From Acidimicrobiia bacterium (GTDB lineage Bacteria > Actinomycetota > Acidimicrobiia > IMCC26256 > PALSA-555), in NCBI GenBank assembly GCA_051986275.1, contig JBPYDT010000071.1, positions 1 through 58,766 of the forward strand: 58,766 nt of DNA. Direction: 5' to 3'. The notes beneath the pieces are model-generated. The model was not told the origin of the DNA. It saw only the letters and a list, made by a program, of their open reading frames with translations, and did no database searches. How positions within the stretch are numbered: the stretch's first letter is position 1; the number at the start of each line of letters is the position of its first letter. A program made the position numbers and the translations under genes. Of the stretch, positions 50,680-58,766 are shown in pieces.

Positions 50680-52143
50680 TCACGGCAGACCGAGCGCGGT
50701 GCGCAGCATGCGGGACGCGATCGGCGCGGCGACCGCGCCGCCCGTCGCGTCACTGCCTTGGCTACCGCCGTGCTCGACGAGCACCGCGACCGCGTACTTC
50801 GGAGCCTGGGCCGGCGCGAACGCGACGAACCAGGCGTGAGGTGCCTGACCGGGCAAGTTCTGCGCGGTGCCGGTCTTGCCTGCGACCGTGACGCCGGGGA
50901 TCTGCGCCGCGGTGCCGGTGCCGCTCTGGACGACGTCGATCATCATCTGGGTGACGGCCGCCGCGACCTGCGGCGTGGTCGCGGTCGTCCAGGGGGCCGG
51001 GTTGATCCGCTCGACGAGCTTGCCGTTGGCGTCCTGGATCTCGCTCGCCACGTGGGGCGTCATGATGACGCCGCCGTTGGCGACGCCCTCGGCGACGAGC
51101 GCCATCTGCAGCGGCGTCACCGCGACGACGCCCTGGCCGATCCCGGCGAACGCGAACTGGGGCATGTTCTGGGCAAAGGAGCCGGCGGCCGGACCGACGC
51201 TCGCCACCGCACCGGGGGCGTCGTCGAGCGGCGGCGCCGAGCCGATCCCGAACTTCGCCATGCCGGGCACGAACTGCTCTCCGAGCTGGAGGCCGAGCTG
51301 GCCGAACACGGCGTTGCACGACTCGGTGAAGGCCTGGGTCAAGCTCCCACCGCAGGACTCGCCGCCGAAGTTCTGCAGCGTCGCGTTGGTCTGGGGGAGC
51401 GGGAGCTCGTTGCGGACGGGGAACTCGGTGTCCGGGGTGGCGACGCCGTCCTCGAGCGCGACCGACGAGGTGATGGTCTTGAAGCTCGACCCCGGCGGGT
51501 ACAACTCCCGGTAAGCGCGCGCGAGCGACGGCTTGTCCGCGCTGGCGTTCAGGAACGTGAACACGCTCTGCGCGCTCTGGGTGTTGTGCACGACGAGCGG
51601 GTTCGGGTCGTACGTCGGGTTCGAGTACATCGCCAGGACGGCGCCGGTCTGGACGTCGAGCATCACGACCGATCCCTTCTGGAACCCCAGCGCCTGCTGC
51701 GCCGTGCGCTGGAGGTCGTCGCGCAGCGAGAGCACGACCGTGCCGGTGCCCTGGGTCCCGGAGAGCAGGTCACCGAGGCTGTGGAGCTGCAGTCGGAGGC
51801 TCTGCCCGGTGAGGTCGCTGTTGTACGTGTTCTCGACGCCGGTCGAGCCGAACACGAAGGACTGGTAGCCGACGACCTGCGCGAACAGCCCACCGGTCGG
51901 GTACTCCCGCAGGTACTTGAACTCGGTGCCGTCGTTGACCCGGACCGAGTGCGCGAGGACCGTCCCGTCGGCGGCGACGATGTCGCCGCGGGGCCGGTTG
52001 GCGTTCTGCAGCAGCGTCCGCACGTTGTGCGGGTTGTGGTTGAGGTTGTTGGCGTCGACGAGCTGGAGGTAGGTGAGCTGCCCGACGAGGACGAGCAGCA
52101 ACAGGATCAGCCCGACGCCGACCTTGCGAATGGCGGGGTTCAC
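50680..52143 (-). CDS. pbpA: Class B penicillin-binding protein PbpA
   Basis: RGDIVAADG, PPGSSFK (SxxK), SCN, GIGQ and AGKTGTA motifs. Confidence 0.93.
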   Translation of the reverse strand: MNPAIRKVGVGLILLLLVLVGQLTYLQLVDANNLNHNPHNVRTLLQNANRPRGDIVAADGTVLAHSVRVNDGTEFKYLREYPTGGLFAQVVGYQSFVFGSTGVENTYNSDLTGQSLRLQLHSLGDLLSGTQGTGTVVLSLRDDLQRTAQQALGFQKGSVVMLDVQTGAVLAMYSNPTYDPNPLVVHNTQSAQSVFTFLNASADKPSLARAYRELYPPGSSFKTITSSVALEDGVATPDTEFPVRNELPLPQTNATLQNFGGESCGGSLTQAFTESCNAVFGQLGLQLGEQFVPGMAKFGIGSAPPLDDAPGAVASVGPAAGSFAQNMPQFAFAGIGQGVVAVTPLQMALVAEGVANGGVIMTPHVASEIQDANGKLVERINPAPWTTATTPQVAAAVTQMMIDVVQSGTGTAAQIPGVTVAGKTGTAQNLPGQAPHAWFVAFAPAQAPKYAVAVLVEHGGSQGSDATGGAVAAPIASRMLRTALGLP

Positions 52144-53459
52144 GGGGCCCGGGCGGTGATCCGGCCGCGGCGCGCCGCGCCGCCGCGGGCGTTGTCGTCG
52201 GAGATGCGCAGCAGCAGCGCGAGGATCACCCAGTTCGCGACGAGCGACGAGCCGCCGTAGGAGATGAACGGGAGGGTCACGCCGGTCAGGGGGATCGTCC
52301 GGGTGACACCGCCGATGATCACGAAGCTCTGCAGGCCGATGATCGTCGTGAGGCCGGCGGCGAACAGCTTCGGGAAGGGCTGCTCGGCGCGCATCGCGAT
52401 CCGCAACCCGGTGCCGACGAACAGCAGCAGCGCGATGAGGATCGCCACCGTCCCGATGAGGCCGAGCTCTTCGCCGATCGCGGCGAACACGAAGTCGGTG
52501 GCCACGTTGGGGATCACCTTCGGGTTCCCGAGCCCGAGGCCGGTCCCGGAGAAGCCGCCGGCGGCGAAGCCGAAGAGGCCCTGGACCAGCTGGTAGCCCT
52601 TGTCGTTCGCGTACTTGAACGGGTCGAGCCAGACGACGACGCGGCTCTGCACGTGCGAGAACAGCTCGTAGGCCGCGAACGATGCGCCGACGAACAGGAC
52701 CAGGGCGAAGAGGGTGTAGGCCGCGCGGTCCGTCGCCACGTAGAGCATCACCCCCGCGAGCGCGAACACGATCATCGCCTGACCGAGGTCGGTCTCGCGC
52801 ACCATGATGAGGATCGAGATTCCCCACACCACGAGGAGCGGGCCGAGATGGCGGATCTCGGGCAGGAGCAGCCCACCGAGCCGCCGCGTGCCGCGTGCGA
52901 GCAGCTCACGCTTGTCGACGAGGTACGCCGCGAAGAAGAGCACGAGCAGCACCTTCGCGGCCTCGCCAGGTTGGAAGTTCACCGGCCCGACCCCGACCCA
53001 CAGGCGCGCACCGTTGATTGTCTTGCCGATCCCGGGCGCGAGCGGCAGCAGCAGGGCGATCATCCCGAAGAGGAGGAACGTGTACCGGTAGCGCTCGAGC
53101 GTGCGGATGCGTCGCACGAACAGGAGGGTCAGGACGAACGCGACGACGCTGATCGCCGTCCAGATCGCCTGGATGCGGCCGAGGTTGCTGTCGAGCCGGG
53201 CGACCGTGACGAAGCCGAGCCCGTTGAGGAGCGCGGCGATCGGGAGGAGCACCGGGTCGGCCTGGCGCGCCAGTCGCCGCACCGCGAGGTGCGCCACGAC
53301 GAAGAGCCCGAGGACGGCCACGAAGATCACCCACAGGTCGGCGGGCACGCTCGGCTTCTGGGCCAGCTCGACCAGCGCGTAGCCGAACGCGGCCACGATC
53401 ACGGCGAGGACGCCGAGGCCGAGCTCGGACGCTCGGCGGTGGATCACCGCGGTCGTCAC
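52140..53459 (-). CDS. rodA: SEDS glycosyltransferase RodA
   Basis: NGARLW, FQPGEAAK, DLG, TDFVFAAIGEELG and PLTGVTLPFISYGGSS motifs. Confidence 0.93.
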   Translation of the reverse strand: MTTAVIHRRASELGLGVLAVIVAAFGYALVELAQKPSVPADLWVIFVAVLGLFVVAHLAVRRLARQADPVLLPIAALLNGLGFVTVARLDSNLGRIQAIWTAISVVAFVLTLLFVRRIRTLERYRYTFLLFGMIALLLPLAPGIGKTINGARLWVGVGPVNFQPGEAAKVLLVLFFAAYLVDKRELLARGTRRLGGLLLPEIRHLGPLLVVWGISILIMVRETDLGQAMIVFALAGVMLYVATDRAAYTLFALVLFVGASFAAYELFSHVQSRVVVWLDPFKYANDKGYQLVQGLFGFAAGGFSGTGLGLGNPKVIPNVATDFVFAAIGEELGLIGTVAILIALLLFVGTGLRIAMRAEQPFPKLFAAGLTTIIGLQSFVIIGGVTRTIPLTGVTLPFISYGGSSLVANWVILALLLRISDDNARGGAARRGRITARAP

Positions 53460-54688
53460 GGCGCGGCGGGTGCGGCGGGGGGCGCCGTCGTCGGCGGGAC
53501 GGTCGTGTTCGGGGGGGTCTGGCGCCGGCGCTGGGCGGCCCGCGCCCGCAGCTCCGAGATGTAGGAGTTGGCTCCGCCGACCGAGCCGAACTGGCCGTGG
53601 CCGGCGCTCACTTGTGACGCGTCGGCGGGGGTCAGGGTCGTGGTCCGCAGCGACGTCCGGTCCTTCACCGTCGGGTTCCAGAACAGGAGTCCGCCGGGCC
53701 GGCCCTGGAACACCGTGACGCGTCCGCGGTCGCTGCCCACGAAGTAGGTGTGGTGCGCGTAGTAGTACACGACGCCGAACGCGACACCGAGCACGACGAC
53801 GACGGGCAGGGCCCAGAGCAGAACGCGGCGCAGGCGATGTCGGGCCGCCGGACGAGCCCGCCCCGTTCGGCCGGCCGGCGGCTCCTCGTTCGCCTCGTCG
53901 GCCGGCTCTTCCGCGGGCTCCTCGGGCGGTGCCCGCTGCTCGTCGGTGACGACGGGGACGGCGGCCGTCACGCTGTCGGCGTCGACGACGTCGAGGATGA
54001 GCACCGTGATGTTGTCGATCCCACCGGCCGCGTTCGCCTCGTCGACGAGGCGGTGCGCGGCCTGGGCCGGGTCGCGGACCTCGGTGAGCACCTGCTGGAT
54101 CTCGTCCTCGCCGACCATGCCGGTGAGGCCGTCGGAGCAGAGCAGGACTCGGTCGCCATCGTGCAGCTGGATCGGGTAGAGGTCGACCTCGACGGTCGGC
54201 TCGATGCCGAGCGCCCGCGTGATCATCGACCGTCGAGGGTCGTGCTCGGCTTGGGCCTCGGTGAGCTCGCCGGCCTGGATCAGCTCCTCGACGAGGCTGT
54301 GGTCGACGGTGAGTCGGTCGAGCTGGTGGTCGCGCAGCACGTAGGCGCGTGAGTCGCCGACGTGGCCGAGCAGCAGCGTGTCGCCGGCCGCGAGCGTGCC
54401 GGCGGTGAGGGTCGTCCCCATGCCGCGCAGACGGTCGTCGGAGGTCGACTTCTCGTAGACCGCGTCGTTGGCGCTCGTCACGGCGTCGCGGATCCCCTCC
54501 CCCGAGGTCACGGCGGCCCGGAGCGCCTCGAGGGCGATCGCGCTCGCGACCTCGCCCGCCTGGTGGCCGCCCATGCCGTCGGCCACGGCGAAGAGCCCGA
54601 GCTGGTCGTCCACGAGGAACGCGTCCTCGTTGTGGTCCCGGACCCGACCGGTGTCGGTCGCGGCGCCGACGACGGCCTGCAGCGTCAC
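53456..54688 (-). CDS. pstP: PP2C-type Ser/Thr phosphatase PstP
   Basis: GRVRDHNED, VADGMGGH, GMGTT, HVGDSRAY, CSDGL, GGIDNIT and a TM helix. Confidence 0.93.
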   Translation of the reverse strand: MTLQAVVGAATDTGRVRDHNEDAFLVDDQLGLFAVADGMGGHQAGEVASAIALEALRAAVTSGEGIRDAVTSANDAVYEKSTSDDRLRGMGTTLTAGTLAAGDTLLLGHVGDSRAYVLRDHQLDRLTVDHSLVEELIQAGELTEAQAEHDPRRSMITRALGIEPTVEVDLYPIQLHDGDRVLLCSDGLTGMVGEDEIQQVLTEVRDPAQAAHRLVDEANAAGGIDNITVLILDVVDADSVTAAVPVVTDEQRAPPEEPAEEPADEANEEPPAGRTGRARPAARHRLRRVLLWALPVVVVLGVAFGVVYYYAHHTYFVGSDRGRVTVFQGRPGGLLFWNPTVKDRTSLRTTTLTPADASQVSAGHGQFGSVGGANSYISELRARAAQRRRQTPPNTTVPPTTAPPAAPAAP

Positions 54689-55131
54689 CGCACGACCTCG
54701 GCGACGGTCTCACCGAACTGGACGCGGTCGCCCCGCCGCAGCCGGATCGGCGACGCGACCGGGGCGCCGTTCACGTACGTGCCGTTCCGGGACCCCAGGT
54801 CCTCGACGTACACCTCGTCGCCCCGGCGGAACACGCGGGCGTGCACCGTCGAGACGAAGTGGTCGTCGGGCAGCACGATCCCGCACCCACCGCCCCGGCC
54901 CACCGTGATCTCCTCTCCCAGCGGGTACAGCTCGCCCTCGTGGGCCGCCGGCTCCAGGATCTGGAGCCGGACACCCTTGCGAGTCTTACGCCCCCGACCC
55001 CGGTCGGCGGCGTCGTCAACGGTGGCGGGGGCGCGCAGCTCCCGCGCCACCACCTGGACCACCCGGAACAAGAACAGATAGAGGAGGGCCAGGAAGCAGT
55101 ACTTCAGGATCGTCAGGACCGACTCGGGCAC
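54685..55131 (-). CDS. fhaB: FHA domain protein FhaB/FipA
   Basis: N-terminal TM (FLALLYLFL) and FHA motifs VGR, VSTVHA and DLGSRNGT. Confidence 0.88.
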   Translation of the reverse strand: MPESVLTILKYCFLALLYLFLFRVVQVVARELRAPATVDDAADRGRGRKTRKGVRLQILEPAAHEGELYPLGEEITVGRGGGCGIVLPDDHFVSTVHARVFRRGDEVYVEDLGSRNGTYVNGAPVASPIRLRRGDRVQFGETVAEVVR

Positions 55132-55177
55132 GGCACCCCCGCGTCCGGCGTTCGCTCGCTTGGCCGCCCCTGCGCCC

Positions 55178-55828
55178 TCACGACTGCTCGAAGCGCAGCG
55201 ATGTCGAGCCGATCCGGAGCTCGTCGCCGTCCTGCAGGACGTGCTCGCGCACCGGATTCCCGTTCACGACCGTGCCGTTCATCGACCCCAGGTCGATCAC
55301 CGCGAAGCCGTGGCCTGACGGGCGGATCTCGGCATGACGGCGCGACGCGCGCGGGTCGGCGACGACGACCGTCGAGTCGGGTGACCGTCCGATGAGCGCG
55401 ACCTCCTCGCCGAGCGGGATGCGCCGGCCGTCCGGGAGCACGAGCGAGCCGACGCGGCCCCCCTCGTGGATCTCGGCGGCGATGTCACATTCGCCCGCCT
55501 TCAGCTCGTCGTCGGCGACGAGCGTGACCGTGACCGGGCCGACGAAGTGGTAGCCCTCGGCGCGGGCGTACTCCCGCGCCACCTCGGCGAGCTCGCGGGC
55601 GAGCGCGTCCGCGAAGTCCTGGAACCGGTCGAAGTCCTCGGGGGACAGGTACACACCGAGGTTGTTGGGCGCGATCGGCACCCCGTCGACCCCGACCGTC
55701 CGCTCGGAGTCGAGGGTCCGGGTCACCTTGCGGCCCACCTCGACCGGTTGGAGGCCGCTCGGGAAGACCTTGCCGAAGCTCCCCTCGACCAGCTGCTCGA
55801 GGCGGCGTTCGAATCCTTGGAGTCCCAC
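55178..55828 (-). CDS. fhaA: DUF3662-FHA protein FhaA (short form)
   Basis: FERRLEQLVEGSF...LQPVEV...APN, then FHA motifs IGR, SRRHA and DLGSMNGT. Confidence 0.88.
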   Translation of the reverse strand: MGLQGFERRLEQLVEGSFGKVFPSGLQPVEVGRKVTRTLDSERTVGVDGVPIAPNNLGVYLSPEDFDRFQDFADALARELAEVAREYARAEGYHFVGPVTVTLVADDELKAGECDIAAEIHEGGRVGSLVLPDGRRIPLGEEVALIGRSPDSTVVVADPRASRRHAEIRPSGHGFAVIDLGSMNGTVVNGNPVREHVLQDGDELRIGSTSLRFEQS

Positions 55829-55911
55829 GGCGAACGAGTGTATTTCGGGACGGGTGGCCCGACGCTGCTGGAGCAGCGACGTCCAGCCCGGGTGCGGCCC
55901 GCGCCGCGCCG

Positions 55912-55920
55912 TGTGGATAA
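55912..55920. promoter_or_regulatory. Perfect DnaA box between fhaA and tRNA-Leu
   Basis: TGTGGATAA. Confidence 0.55.
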
Positions 55921-56061
55921 CCGCTCACCCGCTTGGACGCTGCGCCCGGCGGCGCTGGCCTCGCAGGGGTGGGGACGGACGACCGCGACGTTCGCGCCGT
56001 GCGCGCGGCGATGGGCCGAAAGGCCTGCGTAGCACGACTGGTACCGTGTCGTGCTTTCGCC

Positions 56062-56145
<84 letters not shown>

Positions 56146-56395
56146 CTCACCGCACGCGGTCCTGCCGTATCGGTCGGCCACCTGGCGCGGACTTGGTCGC
56201 GCTCTGGCCTCGGGGTGCATGCGCCGGTCAAGATGGCGCGATGCGCGGGTCGGTCGGGCCCCGGAGACCCTCGCCGCCACCGATTGCCGCCCGCGCCCCT
56301 GGGCTCGGTTGCGCTCGTTGGCCCACGTCGGCCGGGTCGCGGGCTACCGCCGCAGGCCGCGGGCAGATCCCCTCCTAGGGACGCGACCGTCCTCC

Positions 56396-57850
56396 ATGTT
56401 CCGACGGCGCCCGCGATCACGACCAACGCGCGCTGAGGGCGCCGGCCCCGATCGCCGGCCGGCACGCGCGCCGGCCCGCGGACTCATGACCTGGACGGCG
56501 TTGGCGATGATGACCGTCGGATCGGTCGGTTATCTCGGTTCAGCGCCGACGATGTCGGTCTACGGACTCGCCTCGGTGTTTCTGTACGTCCTTCCGGCGT
56601 TCGTCTTCTTGGTGCCGGTGTCACTGGTGGCCGCGGAGCTGGCCTCTGGCTGGCCAGGTGGCGTCTACAACTGGGTGGAGCAGGGCGTCTCACCCGGGAT
56701 GGGGCTGCTCGCGGTGTGGTGCGAGTTCGCCCAGACGATCTTCTACTACCCCGCGCTGCTCGCCTATGTCGCGAGCACGCTCGCCTACGTCATCGCGCCC
56801 GATCTCGCAGCGAACGGCGTCTACAACGCCGCCGTGATCGTGCTGCTGTTCTGGGCTGGCGTCCTGGTGTCGTCCCGCGGGGTCGGACTCGTGGCGAAAC
56901 TCTCGTCGAGCGGGACTCTGATCGGAACGCTCATCCCGGGAGGGATCCTCGTCGTTCTGGGGCTCGCCTACCTCGTCCAGGGAAACCAGTCGGCCGCGCC
57001 CATGACCATTCACCACGTCCTGCCTGCGTGGACCGGCCTCGCCAGCATCGTGCTGATCGTGAACAGCTTCTTCACCTACGCCGGCATCGAGGTCACGGCG
57101 GTGCACGTCGACGAGCTTCGAGACCCTGGCCGCGAGTATCCGAAGGCGATCTTTCTGGCGATGGCGCTGGTCCTGGCTGTCTTCATCCTGCCGACGCTCG
57201 CGATCTCGTGGGTGATTCCGTCACACCAGATCAGCTTTACCGCGGGCGTGATGCAGGCCTTCGACGGGCTCTTCACCCACTTCGGCGTCGGCTTCGCCGT
57301 GCCGGTGATCGCGCTCGCGCTCGCGATCGGGGCGCTGGCCGGGATGATGGCCTGGCTCGACGGGCCGTCCGAGGGGCTGCTCAGGATCGGGCGCGAGCAG
57401 GGGTTTCTCCCGCCCTACTTTCAGAAGGTCAACCGCGAGGGCATCGAGGTGCGAATCCTCGCAGCACAAGGCGTCGTGATCACGATCATCGCCCTGCTCT
57501 ACGCCCTCATACCGAGTGTCTCACGGGCCTACTGGATCTTCGCTGTGATGGCCACGCAGGTCTACCTGATCATGTACGTGCTCATGTTCGTCGCGGCGAT
57601 GAAGCTGCGTCGTTCGCAACCGGATCACACACGCGGCTACCGAGCTCCGGCGCTCCGCTTGCTGTGCGTGGTGGGCGCGCTGTCATCAGTGGCGGCGCTC
57701 GCGATCGGGTTCATCTCTCCTTCGCAGTTCGGCCACACGAACCCGCTCGTGTACGCCGCTCTGATCCTTGCGGGGATCATGGCCATCGGCATCGTCCCGC
57801 CCTTCTTGCTGGACCGGTTCCGCAAGCCGAGGTGGAAGTCGACGGACTAG
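56396..57850 (+). CDS. APC-family amino acid permease (GadC-like; start 56396 or 56486)
   Basis: SLVAAELASGW, GGVYNWV, YAGIEVTAVH, YPKAI and GFLPPYFQKVN motifs; about 12 TM helices. Confidence 0.85.
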   Translation: MFRRRPRSRPTRAEGAGPDRRPARAPARGLMTWTALAMMTVGSVGYLGSAPTMSVYGLASVFLYVLPAFVFLVPVSLVAAELASGWPGGVYNWVEQGVSPGMGLLAVWCEFAQTIFYYPALLAYVASTLAYVIAPDLAANGVYNAAVIVLLFWAGVLVSSRGVGLVAKLSSSGTLIGTLIPGGILVVLGLAYLVQGNQSAAPMTIHHVLPAWTGLASIVLIVNSFFTYAGIEVTAVHVDELRDPGREYPKAIFLAMALVLAVFILPTLAISWVIPSHQISFTAGVMQAFDGLFTHFGVGFAVPVIALALAIGALAGMMAWLDGPSEGLLRIGREQGFLPPYFQKVNREGIEVRILAAQGVVITIIALLYALIPSVSRAYWIFAVMATQVYLIMYVLMFVAAMKLRRSQPDHTRGYRAPALRLLCVVGALSSVAALAIGFISPSQFGHTNPLVYAALILAGIMAIGIVPPFLLDRFRKPRWKSTD

Positions 57851-57920
57851 CGGTCCTCGTGGCGTCGAGTGCCCCGGCGCCGTCCGGGGCGCCGGAGGGG
57901 GCAGCGGTTAGCGTCTCGGC

Positions 57921-58766
57921 GTGATCAGCTACTTCCAGGCGATCATCATCGGGCTGCTCCAGGGCGTGACGGAGCTGTTCCCGATCTCGAGCCTCGGGCA
58001 CTCGGTGATCGTCCCGGCCCTGTTTGGCTGGCACTCGGTGGTGAACGCCGAGTCCGCCCAGGAGAGCTTCTACCTGGCGTTCCTCGTGGGGCTGCACGTC
58101 GCGACCGCGCTTGCGCTCCTCTGGTACTTCCGGGCCGACTGGGTGCGCATCATCGCCGGCTTCTTTCGGACGCTGCGCACCCACCGCATCGAGACGAGCG
58201 ACGAGCGCCTCGCCTGGCTGCTCGTCGTGGCGACGATCCCCGCCGGGATCATGGGGCTGCTCCTCGAGCACAGCCTCCGGACGCTGCTCGCCACCCCCGT
58301 CGCGGCGTCGGCCCTCCTCACCGTGAACGGTGTCATCCTCGCCGCGGGCGAGAAGGCCCGGCGCCGCCAGGAGGTGCACGCCCTCGCCGTGGCGCGGGGG
58401 ACCACCGAGGAGGGCACCCGGCGCCTCGACACGCTGGACTTCAAGGAGTCCGGGATCATCGGCGTGTCCCAGGTGTTCGCCCTCATGGCCGGGATCAGCC
58501 GCTCCGGGATCACGATGGTCGCCGGGCTCGTGCGGGGGCTCGACCACGAGGACGCCGCCCGCTTCTCGTTCCTGCTCGCCACGCCGATCATCCTCGCCGC
58601 CGGCGTCTACAAGATCCCCGACTTGACCGGCGTGAACGGCCACGACGTGCGGGGCCAGATCCTCGTCGGCTCGCTCTGCGCCGCGGGCACCGCCTACCTC
58701 GCGGTGCGGTTCCTCATGCGCTTCTTCGAGACCCGCACCCTCACCCCGTTCGCGATCTACTGCCTC
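57921..58766 (+). CDS. uppP: Undecaprenyl-diphosphatase (3'-partial; not in the ORF track)
   Basis: Translated by hand: MISYFQAIIIGLLQGVTELFPISSLGHS...ATIPAG...GISRSG...AARFSFLLATP. TAGCGT -10 lies 6 nt before the GTG. Confidence 0.93.
   Translation, partial: MISYFQAIIIGLLQGVTELFPISSLGHSVIVPALFGWHSVVNAESAQESFYLAFLVGLHVATALALLWYFRADWVRIIAGFFRTLRTHRIETSDERLAWLLVVATIPAGIMGLLLEHSLRTLLATPVAASALLTVNGVILAAGEKARRRQEVHALAVARGTTEEGTRRLDTLDFKESGIIGVSQVFALMAGISRSGITMVAGLVRGLDHEDAARFSFLLATPIILAAGVYKIPDLTGVNGHDVRGQILVGSLCAAGTAYLAVRFLMRFFETRTLTPFAIYCL

Overview
This window is the replication-origin region of a very GC-rich actinobacterial chromosome. Gene content and order suggest class Acidimicrobiia, which is my inference. 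It is almost all core genome. In order: nucS-tatA-tatB; a small accessory block (DMT transporter, Cys-rich HTH regulator, folE, DUF2231, DUF899, two SRPBCC genes, ArsR); dnaB-rplI-rpsR-ssb-rpsF; panB; PadR-ino1; CCA-adding enzyme; a PilT-like ATPase; a divergent deacetylase/GNAT pair; DUF6049-murJ-degV-kinase; trxB-trxA-cwlM-like; parB-parA-parS-rsmG-khpB-yidC-yidD-rnpA-rpmH; dnaA-oriC-dnaN-recF-dciA-gyrB-gyrA-DUF3566; tRNA-Ile and tRNA-Ala; thiolase; crgA; pabA/trpG; a MutY-like gene; pknB-pbpA-rodA-pstP-fhaB-fhaA; tRNA-Leu; an APC permease; uppP. I found no CRISPR array, transposase or integrase. The most unusual observations are: (1) rpmH lies entirely inside an open rnpA frame that begins at an ATG 4 nt upstream of the rpmH GTG (AGGAGG-CC-ATG-C-GTG), the gene-within-gene arrangement known from Thermus; (2) a PilT paralog with degenerate ATPase motifs next to a deacetylase/acetyltransferase pair; (3) an apparently active kinase where other actinobacteria carry the MurJ-associated pseudokinase; (4) DnaA-box clusters outside oriC at dnaB, crgA and fhaA; (5) a 45-aa ORF starting 2 nt after tRNA-Ile, while the upstream CDS overlaps that tRNA; (6) pervasive leaderless promoters, one of which reveals an unannotated 58-aa ORF. 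All family calls come from motif recognition by eye; no database searches were run.
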